64,000 nucleotides of DNA from Desulfobacteraceae bacterium (GTDB taxonomy: Bacteria > Desulfobacterota > Desulfobacteria > Desulfobacterales > UBA5616), in the NCBI GenBank assembly GCA_013791935.1, contig VMSV01000023.1, forward strand, positions 4,779 to 68,778, in the 5' to 3' direction. A program made the position numbers and the translations under genes. Below are positions 1 to 8,518 of this stretch, piece by piece. The notes below the pieces were generated by a model. It saw nothing but the letters and a program-made list of their open reading frames with translations. It was not told where the DNA came from and searched no databases. Positions within the stretch are counted from its first letter, which is position 1. Every line of letters starts with the position of its first letter.

Positions 1-969
1 TATTTCAGCGCCGTGATGGACTGGCTGTCCAGGCGCCATGGCTGGGGGATTCAAAAAGAATGGATGACCAGCAGTCCCGGGGTGGTGACGGCCCTAAGCC
101 TCTGCGTTCTCACTTTTACCAATCCAGGGGATTCCGTTCTGGTTCAACCCCCGGTGTACTACCCTTTTTTCAGAGTGATTGAAACCAGCGGAAGAAGGAT
201 CAAGGAGAACCCCCTGGCCTTTGACGGCCAAAGATACACCATGGATCTCGACGGGCTGGAAAAAATCAAAGGCAGCCGCATCAAGCTCATGATCCTGTCC
301 AACCCCCACAATCCCGTGGGCCGGGTGTGGACGGAAAATGAATTGAGAAGGCTGGGAGAATACTGCGTCCAAAAAGACATTGTGCTGGTATCCGACGAAG
401 TGCATTCGGATCTGATTTACAAAGGCTTTAAGCATATTCCCACGGCATCTATCTCGGAAGAAATCGCCCGGCAGACCATCACCTGCATCGCCCCCAGCAA
501 AACCTTCAATCTGGCAGGCTTGAAATCCTCCGTGATTATTATTCCCAATGAAAAGACCAGGGCGGCATACAATACTACTCTTGGGAATCTTTCCCTGGCC
601 GGAGACAATACCTTCGGACTGGCTGCCCTGGAAGCAGCCTACAAGGACGGTGAAGAATGGCTGGAAGCGCTGCTGGTCTACCTGGAAGAGAATCTGCAAT
701 TCTGTCTTGGCTGGTTTGCCGAAAAAATCCCTGCAATCAAAGTGATCCGGACCGAAGGCACCTATCTGGTATGGCTGGATTGCCGGAGTCTTCATATGAG
801 CAGCCAGGAACTGGACACTTTTTTCAAGGAAAAAGCACGGCTATGGCTGGATGACGGCCCCATGTTCGGCCAAGGTGGTGAAGGTTTCCAGCGCATCAAC
901 ATCGCCTGCCCCCGGTCCACCCTGACGGAAGCCTTGAGCCGAATCGAAATCGCCGTGAGGGGGCTTTAG
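1..969 (+). CDS. PLP-dependent class I/II aminotransferase-fold C-S lyase (MalY/PatB-type cystathionine beta-lyase); 5' end cut by window edge
   Basis: ORF is open to position 1 in the frame of 13..969. Motifs LILSNPHNPVGRVW, VSDEVHSDL, PSKTFNLAG (PLP-Lys region) and FQRINIACPR are typical of the MalY/PatB family. Confidence 0.85.
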   Translation, partial: YFSAVMDWLSRRHGWGIQKEWMTSSPGVVTALSLCVLTFTNPGDSVLVQPPVYYPFFRVIETSGRRIKENPLAFDGQRYTMDLDGLEKIKGSRIKLMILSNPHNPVGRVWTENELRRLGEYCVQKDIVLVSDEVHSDLIYKGFKHIPTASISEEIARQTITCIAPSKTFNLAGLKSSVIIIPNEKTRAAYNTTLGNLSLAGDNTFGLAALEAAYKDGEEWLEALLVYLEENLQFCLGWFAEKIPAIKVIRTEGTYLVWLDCRSLHMSSQELDTFFKEKARLWLDDGPMFGQGGEGFQRINIACPRSTLTEALSRIEIAVRGL

Positions 970-993
970 AAAATGCTTCCATGCGGAAGAATA

Positions 994-1629
994 TTATACC
1001 GCAGAATTGGATGATATGGCTTTGAGTTGCCGGTTGTGTGCTTTGGATAGAAGCACCAGGGCTGCAATGGCCCCGAACAAAGCCATGGCCATGTCGGACT
1101 GGGTGTCCCAAACATAGCCCTGGGTGCCCAGAAAAGCCTCGGCGGATTCTCCGCTTAATTCCGCCACCCACCATTCAATGAGTTCATAAAAAGCGCTCAC
1201 GGCAAGGCAGAAGCAGACGATGAGGAAGTTTCGCCAGGAGGCACCGGCAATAACGGATTTTCGAATAAAGATTTCCCGGGCCACCATGGCGGGAATGAAC
1301 CCCTGGGCCAGATGGCCTATTTTATCATAATTGTTCCTTTCAAGGTCCAGGACGTCCCGAAGCCAGTTAAACAAAGGGACTTCCGCATAGGTGTAGTGCC
1401 CGCCGATCATGAGAATGATGCAGTGGATCAGGATCAGAACATAGACAAGGTTCGTGAGCCGGAATTTTTTAAAGGTTGCAACCAAAAGAACAAACCCGAT
1501 GAGCGCCGGAGCCACCTCCAGAAACCAGGTAAAAAGGTCCTTGGGATGAATGCCGGACCAGATGAGAACGATAAAGAAAATGGACGACCAGACGACCTGG
1601 GGTATTTTGATTTCCTTTTGAAGAAACAT
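994..1629 (-). CDS. YjdF/DUF2238-family inner-membrane protein
   Basis: Multi-TM protein with motifs NNYDKIGHLAQGF and GTQGYVWDTQSDM. The ORF extends to 1677, but the Met at 1629 (MFLQKEIK) fits the family length. Confidence 0.75.
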   Translation of the reverse strand: MFLQKEIKIPQVVWSSIFFIVLIWSGIHPKDLFTWFLEVAPALIGFVLLVATFKKFRLTNLVYVLILIHCIILMIGGHYTYAEVPLFNWLRDVLDLERNNYDKIGHLAQGFIPAMVAREIFIRKSVIAGASWRNFLIVCFCLAVSAFYELIEWWVAELSGESAEAFLGTQGYVWDTQSDMAMALFGAIAALVLLSKAHNRQLKAISSNSAV

Positions 1630-1746
1630 GGCTTCCCTCCGGGGGGATTTCAGAATATGTGAAAAGGAGTCAACCATAGCCTTTTACCGTCATTCTGTCA
1701 AACAAATCCCCCCTTCAACACCGGGATAAACGCATCTCAAAAGGGA

Positions 1747-1780
1747 TTGTATCCGAACCGTTTTATTTCTTCGGATACAA
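1747..1780 (-). terminator. Rho-independent terminator-like hairpin overlapping the stop of the REC gene
   Basis: Perfect 11-bp inverted repeat TTGTATCCGAA / TTCGGATACAA with a 12-nt loop. On the minus strand it is followed by TCCCTTTTGAG. Confidence 0.55.
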
Positions 1781-2218
1781 TCCAAAAACAGAAGAGGGAG
1801 ACTCCACAATTTTTTTAATGTTTTCATTCAACTCCTCTTTCACGTTTTTGTCTTTTTCCTTCCAGGCCCCTTCAATTTTTTCCACCAGTTCATCGATTTC
1901 ACAGGGTTTTGTCAGATAGTCATAGGCTCCCAGCATCAAGGCTTCCTTGGCTGTGCCAATGGAGCCATGACCGGTAAGCATGAGAACCTGGGTAAACAAA
2001 CCCATTTTTTTAATCTCCCGTAACGTTGAAACGCCGTCCAGTCCATGCATTTTCATGTCCAGGACCACAACATCAAAATCCTGTTTTTCAAGCACTTCCA
2101 GCGCGTCGTTGCCGCTGTTCACTGCTTTTACCCAATACCCTCTGTCTTTTAAGAGCTTTTCCATATTCGAAGCAAAAACCTCTTCGTCATCAACGAGCAA
2201 TATTTTGCTGCCTATCAT
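1763..2218 (-). CDS. Stand-alone response regulator receiver (CheY-like) protein
   Basis: ILLVDDEE...VVVLDMKMHGLDG...LTGHGS...YDYLTKPCEIDEL. AGGAG lies upstream of the Met at 2218. Confidence 0.9.
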   Translation of the reverse strand: MIGSKILLVDDEEVFASNMEKLLKDRGYWVKAVNSGNDALEVLEKQDFDVVVLDMKMHGLDGVSTLREIKKMGLFTQVLMLTGHGSIGTAKEALMLGAYDYLTKPCEIDELVEKIEGAWKEKDKNVKEELNENIKKIVESPSSVFGLYPKK

Positions 2219-2234
2219 GGTGATCTCCTTTCCT

Positions 2235-4013
2235 TTAAATGATTGGATATTTAGCAAATTCATTATCCATTTTTCCTTCTTCCGATACTTTTATCCGACT
2301 TATCAGCGGAAGAAAAATGGCAAATTCCGTTCCCTCGCCTTTTTCGCTCCGAACCGTAATATTCCCTCCCAGGTTTTGAATAATGGTGAAACAGATGGAA
2401 AGTCCCAGGCCCGTTCCTTTGCCGACAGCTTTTGTCGTAAAAAAGGGATCGAATATTCGATTCATGTTTTCTTTTGAAATTCCGGTTCCCGTGTCTGCAA
2501 TCGTGATCAACACCCCCCCACCCCCTTCATCATATTTGGTCGCGATTCGAATGGAGCCGTAGGATTTTCCTTCATGGGCATCTATGGCATTGGTGATAAG
2601 GTTCAAAAACACCTGTTGAAGCTGGGAGATATCCGACTGGATAGAGGGCAAGAGTGCGTCCAGCTCTGTAATGAATTTTACCCCGCTGGTTTTGGCCTCC
2701 CGCTCCATGAGTTCCACCACTTCAAGGATGAAGTTGTTAAGATCAAGCATTTCCACCAAGGAGTGGGTTCTCCTGGAGAATCGCAGGAGATTGTGTGTGA
2801 TCCGCTTGCACCGTTTGGTTTGTGCGGCGATCTGATCCATGGAGTCTATAAACTGGGTTCTGAATATTTCATCCTCCACTTTGGTTTTCTTAAACTGATC
2901 CACAAGAAGCTGCCGTTCCGTGGAGATGATGGCAACCGGGTTGTTGATTTCATGGGCCACCCCGGCGGCAAGTTCTCCAATGGAGGCAAGTTTGCTGGCC
3001 TGGAGCAGTTGAAGGTTCAACTGACCTGCATGTTCATCGCGGTTTCGTATAATTTTAACCATATACCTTGTGATGAACAGGGAAACCACCAGAATGCTGA
3101 TGGCGCTGATATACAAAAAAATCAGGTTGATTCGCCGGGAATGATGAATTTCGGAAAAGGCCTCCGAATAGTCCTGTTTGATCACCAGAAGCCATCGGGG
3201 TTCGTCCAGCCATGACTTGCCGATAATCTGTTTGGAAGAGCTCCCCTTTGAAGACACACCATTGACAATGCCAACCTTGACGGTCTCTTTTAAGTCTTCA
3301 ATTTCAATGGGTGACTTTTCCATAATCTCTCCGGAAAACCGAGGACTGGTCTGATAGATCCCCCTGGAATTCACCAGGTAAACCTCCCCGGTTTCACCGA
3401 TCCTAACATTCTCCACCAGGGTTCGGAATACATCCGTGTTCACCGTGGCCCGCAGAATCCACTGTCCTTTCCCTTCAGAACGGCTGATGGCGATAATAAA
3501 GTGGGGCTCTTCTCTGAACCCGGTAAACATATCGCTGATATAAAGCCCTTTGTGAAGCACTTCCTTGAACCATTCCGCTTCTGCATAATTTCTATCCAGC
3601 AGATCATAGGGACCCACATAGGCCAGATGCCGGCCGGTATGGTCAATCACACCAAGATCCGTAATGGACTGATACTCCCTGTTCATGTTTTCATACACAA
3701 CGCGAAGATTCCCGGGAACCAGAAGAAAATCCAATGAATGGGTATAGGTAAGCAACCGCAATTTGGAGCTTTGCTCTTTTAAGAATTGTTCAACAAACCT
3801 CCGATGGTTTTCCACCTGGCCCTGGAATTGCCTCATCACTCGGTCTTTGGTGAAATAAGTATGGTAGGCGTTCAGGCCCCAGCCCACCAGCAGCAGGGGC
3901 CCCACGGAACAAACCACCGTCAGAAGCGTAAACTTCCGGAACAGATGTCCATAGGACTGCCGGTTTTGATCGCCATCGGATATTCTTTCAAACCATTTCC
4001 CGAACCATCTCAT
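2235..4013 (-). CDS. Sensor histidine kinase with a Cache-like periplasmic domain between two TM segments
   Basis: H-box [15 protein letters not shown] boxes NLITNAIDA, DTGTGI and GTGLGLSI. Two hydrophobic segments flank a domain of about 250 aa. Confidence 0.9.
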   Translation of the reverse strand: MRWFGKWFERISDGDQNRQSYGHLFRKFTLLTVVCSVGPLLLVGWGLNAYHTYFTKDRVMRQFQGQVENHRRFVEQFLKEQSSKLRLLTYTHSLDFLLVPGNLRVVYENMNREYQSITDLGVIDHTGRHLAYVGPYDLLDRNYAEAEWFKEVLHKGLYISDMFTGFREEPHFIIAISRSEGKGQWILRATVNTDVFRTLVENVRIGETGEVYLVNSRGIYQTSPRFSGEIMEKSPIEIEDLKETVKVGIVNGVSSKGSSSKQIIGKSWLDEPRWLLVIKQDYSEAFSEIHHSRRINLIFLYISAISILVVSLFITRYMVKIIRNRDEHAGQLNLQLLQASKLASIGELAAGVAHEINNPVAIISTERQLLVDQFKKTKVEDEIFRTQFIDSMDQIAAQTKRCKRITHNLLRFSRRTHSLVEMLDLNNFILEVVELMEREAKTSGVKFITELDALLPSIQSDISQLQQVFLNLITNAIDAHEGKSYGSIRIATKYDEGGGGVLITIADTGTGISKENMNRIFDPFFTTKAVGKGTGLGLSICFTIIQNLGGNITVRSEKGEGTEFAIFLPLISRIKVSEEGKMDNEFAKYPII

Positions 4014-4048
4014 AGCTTCCGTCCTGTTTTCCGCATCATGCCTGTTGC

Positions 4049-4465
4049 TTATTTCTTATTCAACAATTTGCCCAGCATGGATGGCTTTTTACCGTTGCTC
4101 TTCTTCCAGAGTTCTTCAAGTTTTTCCTCAAGCTCATCGATTTCACAGGGTTTGGTGAGATAATCATAGGCCCCCAGCTTCATGGCCTCCAGGGCGGTTC
4201 CAATGTCCCCGTGACCGGTCAGCACCAGGGTTTGAATTTCCAGATTCTGCTTTTTCATTTCCCTCAGGGTGGCCATCCCGTCCATTCCCGGCATTTTCAA
4301 GTCCAGCACCATAACATCGTACTGCCCCCCTCCTGCAATGGCCGCCACCGCGCCGTCGCCGCTGTTCAGGGTGGTTACCGCATGCCCCCTGTTTTCCAGA
4401 AGCTTCTTCATGTTTTTCGCAAAATCCTCCTCATCATCCACCAGTAGAATTCTTGCCTTTTCCAT
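4049..4465 (-). CDS. Stand-alone response regulator receiver protein (paralog of 1763..2218)
   Basis: ILLVDDEEDF...VMVLDLKMPGMDG...LTGHGD...YDYLTKPCEIDEL. Confidence 0.9.
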   Translation of the reverse strand: MEKARILLVDDEEDFAKNMKKLLENRGHAVTTLNSGDGAVAAIAGGGQYDVMVLDLKMPGMDGMATLREMKKQNLEIQTLVLTGHGDIGTALEAMKLGAYDYLTKPCEIDELEEKLEELWKKSNGKKPSMLGKLLNKK

Positions 4466-4515
4466 ATTTATGTTCCTCCTCTTATTAAAATGATTGCTTG
4501 AATTTCTTTGAAAGA

Positions 4516-4535
4516 GGCCGGGCCAAAGCCCGGCC
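4516..4535 (-). terminator. GC-rich hairpin between the transporter and REC genes (terminator or attenuator)
   Basis: GGCCGGGC-caaa-GCCCGGCC is a perfect 8-bp stem with T-rich flanks on both strands. Confidence 0.45.
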
Positions 4536-4544
4536 TTGTTGTTA

Positions 4545-6311
4545 TTAGAATGCCCACACCAAGGGGATCATTATGCTCATGAGCACCCAGGCGATGAGGT
4601 TCATGGGAATTCCGATTTTCAGAAAATCGCTGAACCGGTAGCCGCCAGGACCGAACACCATCATGTTGCACTGATAACCGATGGGGGTGGCAAAGCTTGC
4701 CGAAGCACCCATCATGATGGCAAAGGCAAAAGGCGTCCAACTCACACCCATTTGAGTGGCCATGGCATAGGCGATGGGCCAGAGGATCAGGGCCGCCGCA
4801 TTGTTGGTGACCATCTCGGTTAGGACGGAAGTGGTGATGTAGAGCATGGACAGAACCATCCAAGGGCTTCCCCCGCCCAGGCTGACCATTTGCGTTGCGA
4901 TAAACGCCGCCGCACCTGTTTTCTCCATGGCCTTTCCAATGCCGAAGGCCGCGATAATAACCAGAAGTACCTGCATGTCCACGCTTTTATAAGCTCCGGT
5001 GAAAGTAATGCACCGGGTGACCAGTAGAATGGCAGCAGCCACCACAGCGGCCTTGAACATCCCCACATCAAAAAACGTTGCGGTAAAAATCATGCCCACC
5101 AGCACCACGCAGGATAGAATGGCCTTGTTGTACCGGGGTGATGCGGATTCTTCCAACTGACTGATGAGGTGAAAGTCCTGGGAGTTTTTGTTTCTTTCAT
5201 AAAAACTAGGGTTGGTTTCCAGAAGCAGGGTGTCCCCTTCCTTTAGAACCACATTACCCAGAGACCCTTGAATTTGCTCCCCGGCCCTGGATATTGCTAC
5301 CACCACCGCATCATAGAGCTGCCGGAAGTGGTTTCCAACAATGCTCCTGTCGATGAATCGGTTGGAATTGGAGACCACGGCTTCCACAAAGCAGCGATCA
5401 GGCCTGGGGGTATCGATTTTAAAAAGACGGTCCATGACCGGCGTCAGGCCCTTGACTTTTTGAACTTCGGAGATCATGCCCAGAATCCCGCCAAAAACCA
5501 TTCGGTCGTCTTCCTCTATCTTCAGGTTGTAATCCGTGGCAGGAATGCTGTCTTTGCCCCGAATAATTTCAATAAGATTAATTTCATTTTCTTCCGTCAA
5601 TTCCGCCTGGCGAAGGGTTTTTCCAATCAATACGCTTCCGGGGGGCACAATCATCTCCGTGGTGTATTGTTTCGGGTCTCCCATCTGATCGATGGCGGAG
5701 GACCGGTCGGGCAAAAGCCAGAGGCTTAAAAGGGTGACCACCACAAACATGATCAGGGCAAAAGGCACTCCGACCTTGGCGATTTCAAAAAGACCAATTT
5801 GAACCCCAAGCTCTTTTTGAATCACCCCGCTCACCACCAGGTTGGTGCTGGTCCCGATCAGGGTGCAGGTCCCGCCGAAAACAGCCGAATAGCTTAGGGG
5901 AATCATCAGCTTGGACACGGGCACTTTGATTTTTTTGGCCCAGGCTTTCACCGCGGGAATGAAAATTGCCACCACCGGGGTGTTGTTGAGAAAAGCGCTC
6001 AGCAACGTAACCGGAGCCATCATGCGAATCAGAGCCATCGGCCTTGATTTGATCCGGGGAGACAAAAGAAACGTAAGCAACTGAATAGCCCCGGTTTCTG
6101 TAAACGCCCCGGCCACGATAAACAGAATGGCCACGGTGAGCATGCCCTGGTTGGAGGCCCCTTCCACGGCTTCCTTATCCGTAAGAATTCCCGTGACCAG
6201 AAATAACAGCAGGGTCCCCAGGCAAATCCACTCGGGAGGAATACGTGTTTTTGCGAGCATTACGAACATCAACCCCACACTTATCAATGTAAACCACATC
6301 TGCCATTCCAT
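4545..6311 (-). CDS. SLC13/DASS-type (CitT/ArsB-NhaD superfamily) anion permease with central tandem TrkA-C (RCK_C) domains
   Basis: 588 aa. Two hydrophobic multi-TM halves are separated by a soluble insert of about 170 aa (PGSVLIGKTLRQAEL..., LKEGDTLLLE) typical of TrkA-C. Confidence 0.8.
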   Translation of the reverse strand: MEWQMWFTLISVGLMFVMLAKTRIPPEWICLGTLLLFLVTGILTDKEAVEGASNQGMLTVAILFIVAGAFTETGAIQLLTFLLSPRIKSRPMALIRMMAPVTLLSAFLNNTPVVAIFIPAVKAWAKKIKVPVSKLMIPLSYSAVFGGTCTLIGTSTNLVVSGVIQKELGVQIGLFEIAKVGVPFALIMFVVVTLLSLWLLPDRSSAIDQMGDPKQYTTEMIVPPGSVLIGKTLRQAELTEENEINLIEIIRGKDSIPATDYNLKIEEDDRMVFGGILGMISEVQKVKGLTPVMDRLFKIDTPRPDRCFVEAVVSNSNRFIDRSIVGNHFRQLYDAVVVAISRAGEQIQGSLGNVVLKEGDTLLLETNPSFYERNKNSQDFHLISQLEESASPRYNKAILSCVVLVGMIFTATFFDVGMFKAAVVAAAILLVTRCITFTGAYKSVDMQVLLVIIAAFGIGKAMEKTGAAAFIATQMVSLGGGSPWMVLSMLYITTSVLTEMVTNNAAALILWPIAYAMATQMGVSWTPFAFAIMMGASASFATPIGYQCNMMVFGPGGYRFSDFLKIGIPMNLIAWVLMSIMIPLVWAF

Positions 6312-6447
6312 ACATTCCCTCCTCTTATCCTTTTACGGTTTATTTTCAGCCAAGGTCCCGTTCCTCTCGGGTCTGACCTTGCAACCCGGACTTTTCCTCT
6401 TTCTTCATCCCGGGCTGGTGCTTTTTTAGTTATTTTAGAGGCTATAG

Positions 6448-6463
6448 ATCAAAAAATGTGCCA
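6448..6463 (-). promoter_or_regulatory. Sigma-54 (-24/-12)-like promoter upstream of the SLC13 transporter operon
   Basis: The minus strand reads TGGCAC-ATTTT-TTGAT (consensus TGGCAC-N5-TTGCW; the -12 is GA instead of GC). It lies about 140 nt upstream of the ATG at 6311. Confidence 0.45.
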
Positions 6464-6597
6464 TTCACCATGAATGGGCTCAAGAGGATCCAATCAATTC
6501 TTCAGCATTCTGAAATTAAACGATTTTCTTGGATCAATCCAGGGGGTCTGACAGGAGGGGAGACTCAAGGGCTCTTGGCAGAAACGATCAAATGTAT

Positions 6598-6613
6598 CCT
6601 GTCAGGTGACAGG
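6598..6613. promoter_or_regulatory. Palindrome CCTGTCA-GG-TGACAGG, candidate enhancer-binding-protein (UAS) site
   Basis: 7-bp perfect arms about 140 bp upstream of the sigma-54-like promoter. An extra half-site TGACAGG is at 6549..6555. Confidence 0.35.
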
Positions 6614-6838
6614 TTCCGGATCTACTGAAACGATTTGTGGACAGTGGAGAGGGGTGGCCCATTTTTTTCCGGCGGCCTTGGTCCCTGATGTTTACAATAT
6701 ATCGCTCCCCCAACCCTTTATCTATGCCTAAAAAGCATGGTCAAGCCTCCTTAACACGGAGGGGCTTGAAAATTTCGGCATTGTTTTTGCTGAAGGGTTT
6801 CTACCGGGGAGGACAAAGTTGAGCCCTGGAATGAAGAA

Positions 6839-7063
6839 TTGGAGGCACGGTTGGAATTCCATAAAGTCAAATCCATTATGCTGCCTTATGAAACCGGGGT
6901 TTCCCTGAAATTTTCAGTGGAACCGGAGGATAAGCTCACCCAGGCAGTGGAACGAATGCTGCTCTATAACGCCAAGCAAATTGCCGTGATAAAAAACAGC
7001 TCTGTCGTGGGCATGATTCGTCTCGGGGATGCCTTGAAAAAACTGGGGCTGGAATCGGGGTAA
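6839..7063 (+). CDS. Small single-CBS-domain protein
   Basis: VKSIM...VEPEDKLTQAVERM...AVIKNSSVVGMIRLGDALK matches the CBS motif pattern. The TTG start is uncertain. Confidence 0.5.
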   Translation: MEARLEFHKVKSIMLPYETGVSLKFSVEPEDKLTQAVERMLLYNAKQIAVIKNSSVVGMIRLGDALKKLGLESG

Positions 7064-7129
7064 GCTATAACCTAAATTGAGCGATTGTTCCAGTTTGCAA
7101 GTTCGCTCCTCATGAAGCACCAATCCATT

Positions 7130-8518
7130 TTACTCTTCAGGCTCCAGGCCCGCCTGGTTGATGAGCCGGTGAAGATATTGCCGCTGGATACCCGCCGTTT
7201 CAGCCGCCCGGCTGATATTGCCGTTGCTGTTCTGAAGGAGTCTCTGGATATATTGGCGGTAAAACCGGTTCATGACAGCATTCCTGGCTTCCCGAAAAGG
7301 CAGGGTCAAAAAATCCGCCTCGGTTTCCATGGCTTCAGAACCCCGGGAGTTGCCTTCGGCAAAAACGTCGTTGACCTCCAGGCAATGGGTCCTGCAAAAC
7401 ACAACCCCCCGTTCGATGGTGTTTTCCAGTTCACGGACATTGCCCGGGAAAACATGGGATGAAAGCGTTCTGAGGGTATCCTCCGATATGCTGTGAATAT
7501 TCTTCGCGTACAACAGGGCATACTTTTTAAGGAAATGATGGGCCAGCATGGGAATGTCTTCCCTTCGCTGGCTTAAACCCGGCATTTCCAGGCGGATCAC
7601 GTTAAGCCGGTAAAACAGATCTTCCCTGAAAACCCCTTTTTGAATATCCGATTCCAGGTTATGGTTGGTGGCTGCGATAAAACGAATATCCGCTTTCAAG
7701 GTCCGAATGCCGCCCACGGGCTTGAATTCCCCTTCCTGAAGCAGGCGAAGCAGCTTGGTCTGCATGGCAAAATCCAGGTCACCGATTTCATCCAAAAACA
7801 AAGTTCCACCATCGGCGATTTCCACCAACCCTTTCTTGTCCTTCCAGGCCCCGGTGAAGGCTCCCTTGACATGACCGAACAACTCGCTCTCAATCACATT
7901 TTCGGAAATGGCTGTGCAATTGATGGTAATGAAGGGTTTATCTTTCCGCAAACTGAACTGGCACAGGGCCCGTGCAGCCAGTTCCTTTCCGGTGCCGCTT
8001 TCTCCGGTGATGAGTACGGTGGCTGTGGTGGGGGCCACCTGCCTGATCTGGTCCAGGAGGATTTTAATCCTTCGGGAGGATCCGATGAGATGGCCTGAGG
8101 CTTCCTTTTCCGCAAGGGCTTCCCGCAGGGAAATGTTTTCCGAAACCATCTCCCGCCATTGCAATACCTTGTCAATGGTCAGAAGAATTCTCTCCCGTTC
8201 AAAGGGTTTGGTGATATACTCAAAAGCCCCTTCCCGAACGGCTTCAACAGCGGTTTCAATGGACGCATAGGCGGTGATGATGACCACGGAGATGTCCGGC
8301 TGAATTTTTTTGATCTGCCGCAAAAGCTCGATTCCGTTCATTCCGGGCATTTTCAGATCCAGGAAGACCAAATCGAAAATACCGGGCTTGAACAGGGACA
8401 GGGCTTTTTTCGGATTGTTTTCCGTGGTTACCTGATGGCGGGTTTCCTCCTTGATGATACGGGAAAGGAGCACCAGCATGTCCGCTTCATCGTCCACGAT
8501 CAAGATTCTGCCGTTCAT
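7130..8518 (-). CDS. Sigma-54-dependent response regulator (NtrC/AtoC family: REC-AAA+-Fis HTH)
   Basis: ILIVDDEADM...FLDLKMPGMNG. Walker A GESGTGKE, GAFTGA loop, and C-terminal NISRAAETAGIQRQYLHRL. Confidence 0.95.
   Translation of the reverse strand: MNGRILIVDDEADMLVLLSRIIKEETRHQVTTENNPKKALSLFKPGIFDLVFLDLKMPGMNGIELLRQIKKIQPDISVVIITAYASIETAVEAVREGAFEYITKPFERERILLTIDKVLQWREMVSENISLREALAEKEASGHLIGSSRRIKILLDQIRQVAPTTATVLITGESGTGKELAARALCQFSLRKDKPFITINCTAISENVIESELFGHVKGAFTGAWKDKKGLVEIADGGTLFLDEIGDLDFAMQTKLLRLLQEGEFKPVGGIRTLKADIRFIAATNHNLESDIQKGVFREDLFYRLNVIRLEMPGLSQRREDIPMLAHHFLKKYALLYAKNIHSISEDTLRTLSSHVFPGNVRELENTIERGVVFCRTHCLEVNDVFAEGNSRGSEAMETEADFLTLPFREARNAVMNRFYRQYIQRLLQNSNGNISRAAETAGIQRQYLHRLINQAGLEPEE

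Noticed and set aside
6637-6822. 61-aa ORF in the long intergenic region 6312..6838.
   Set aside because: It has no RBS and no recognisable features. The region is better explained as a regulatory region (sigma-54 promoter plus upstream sites).
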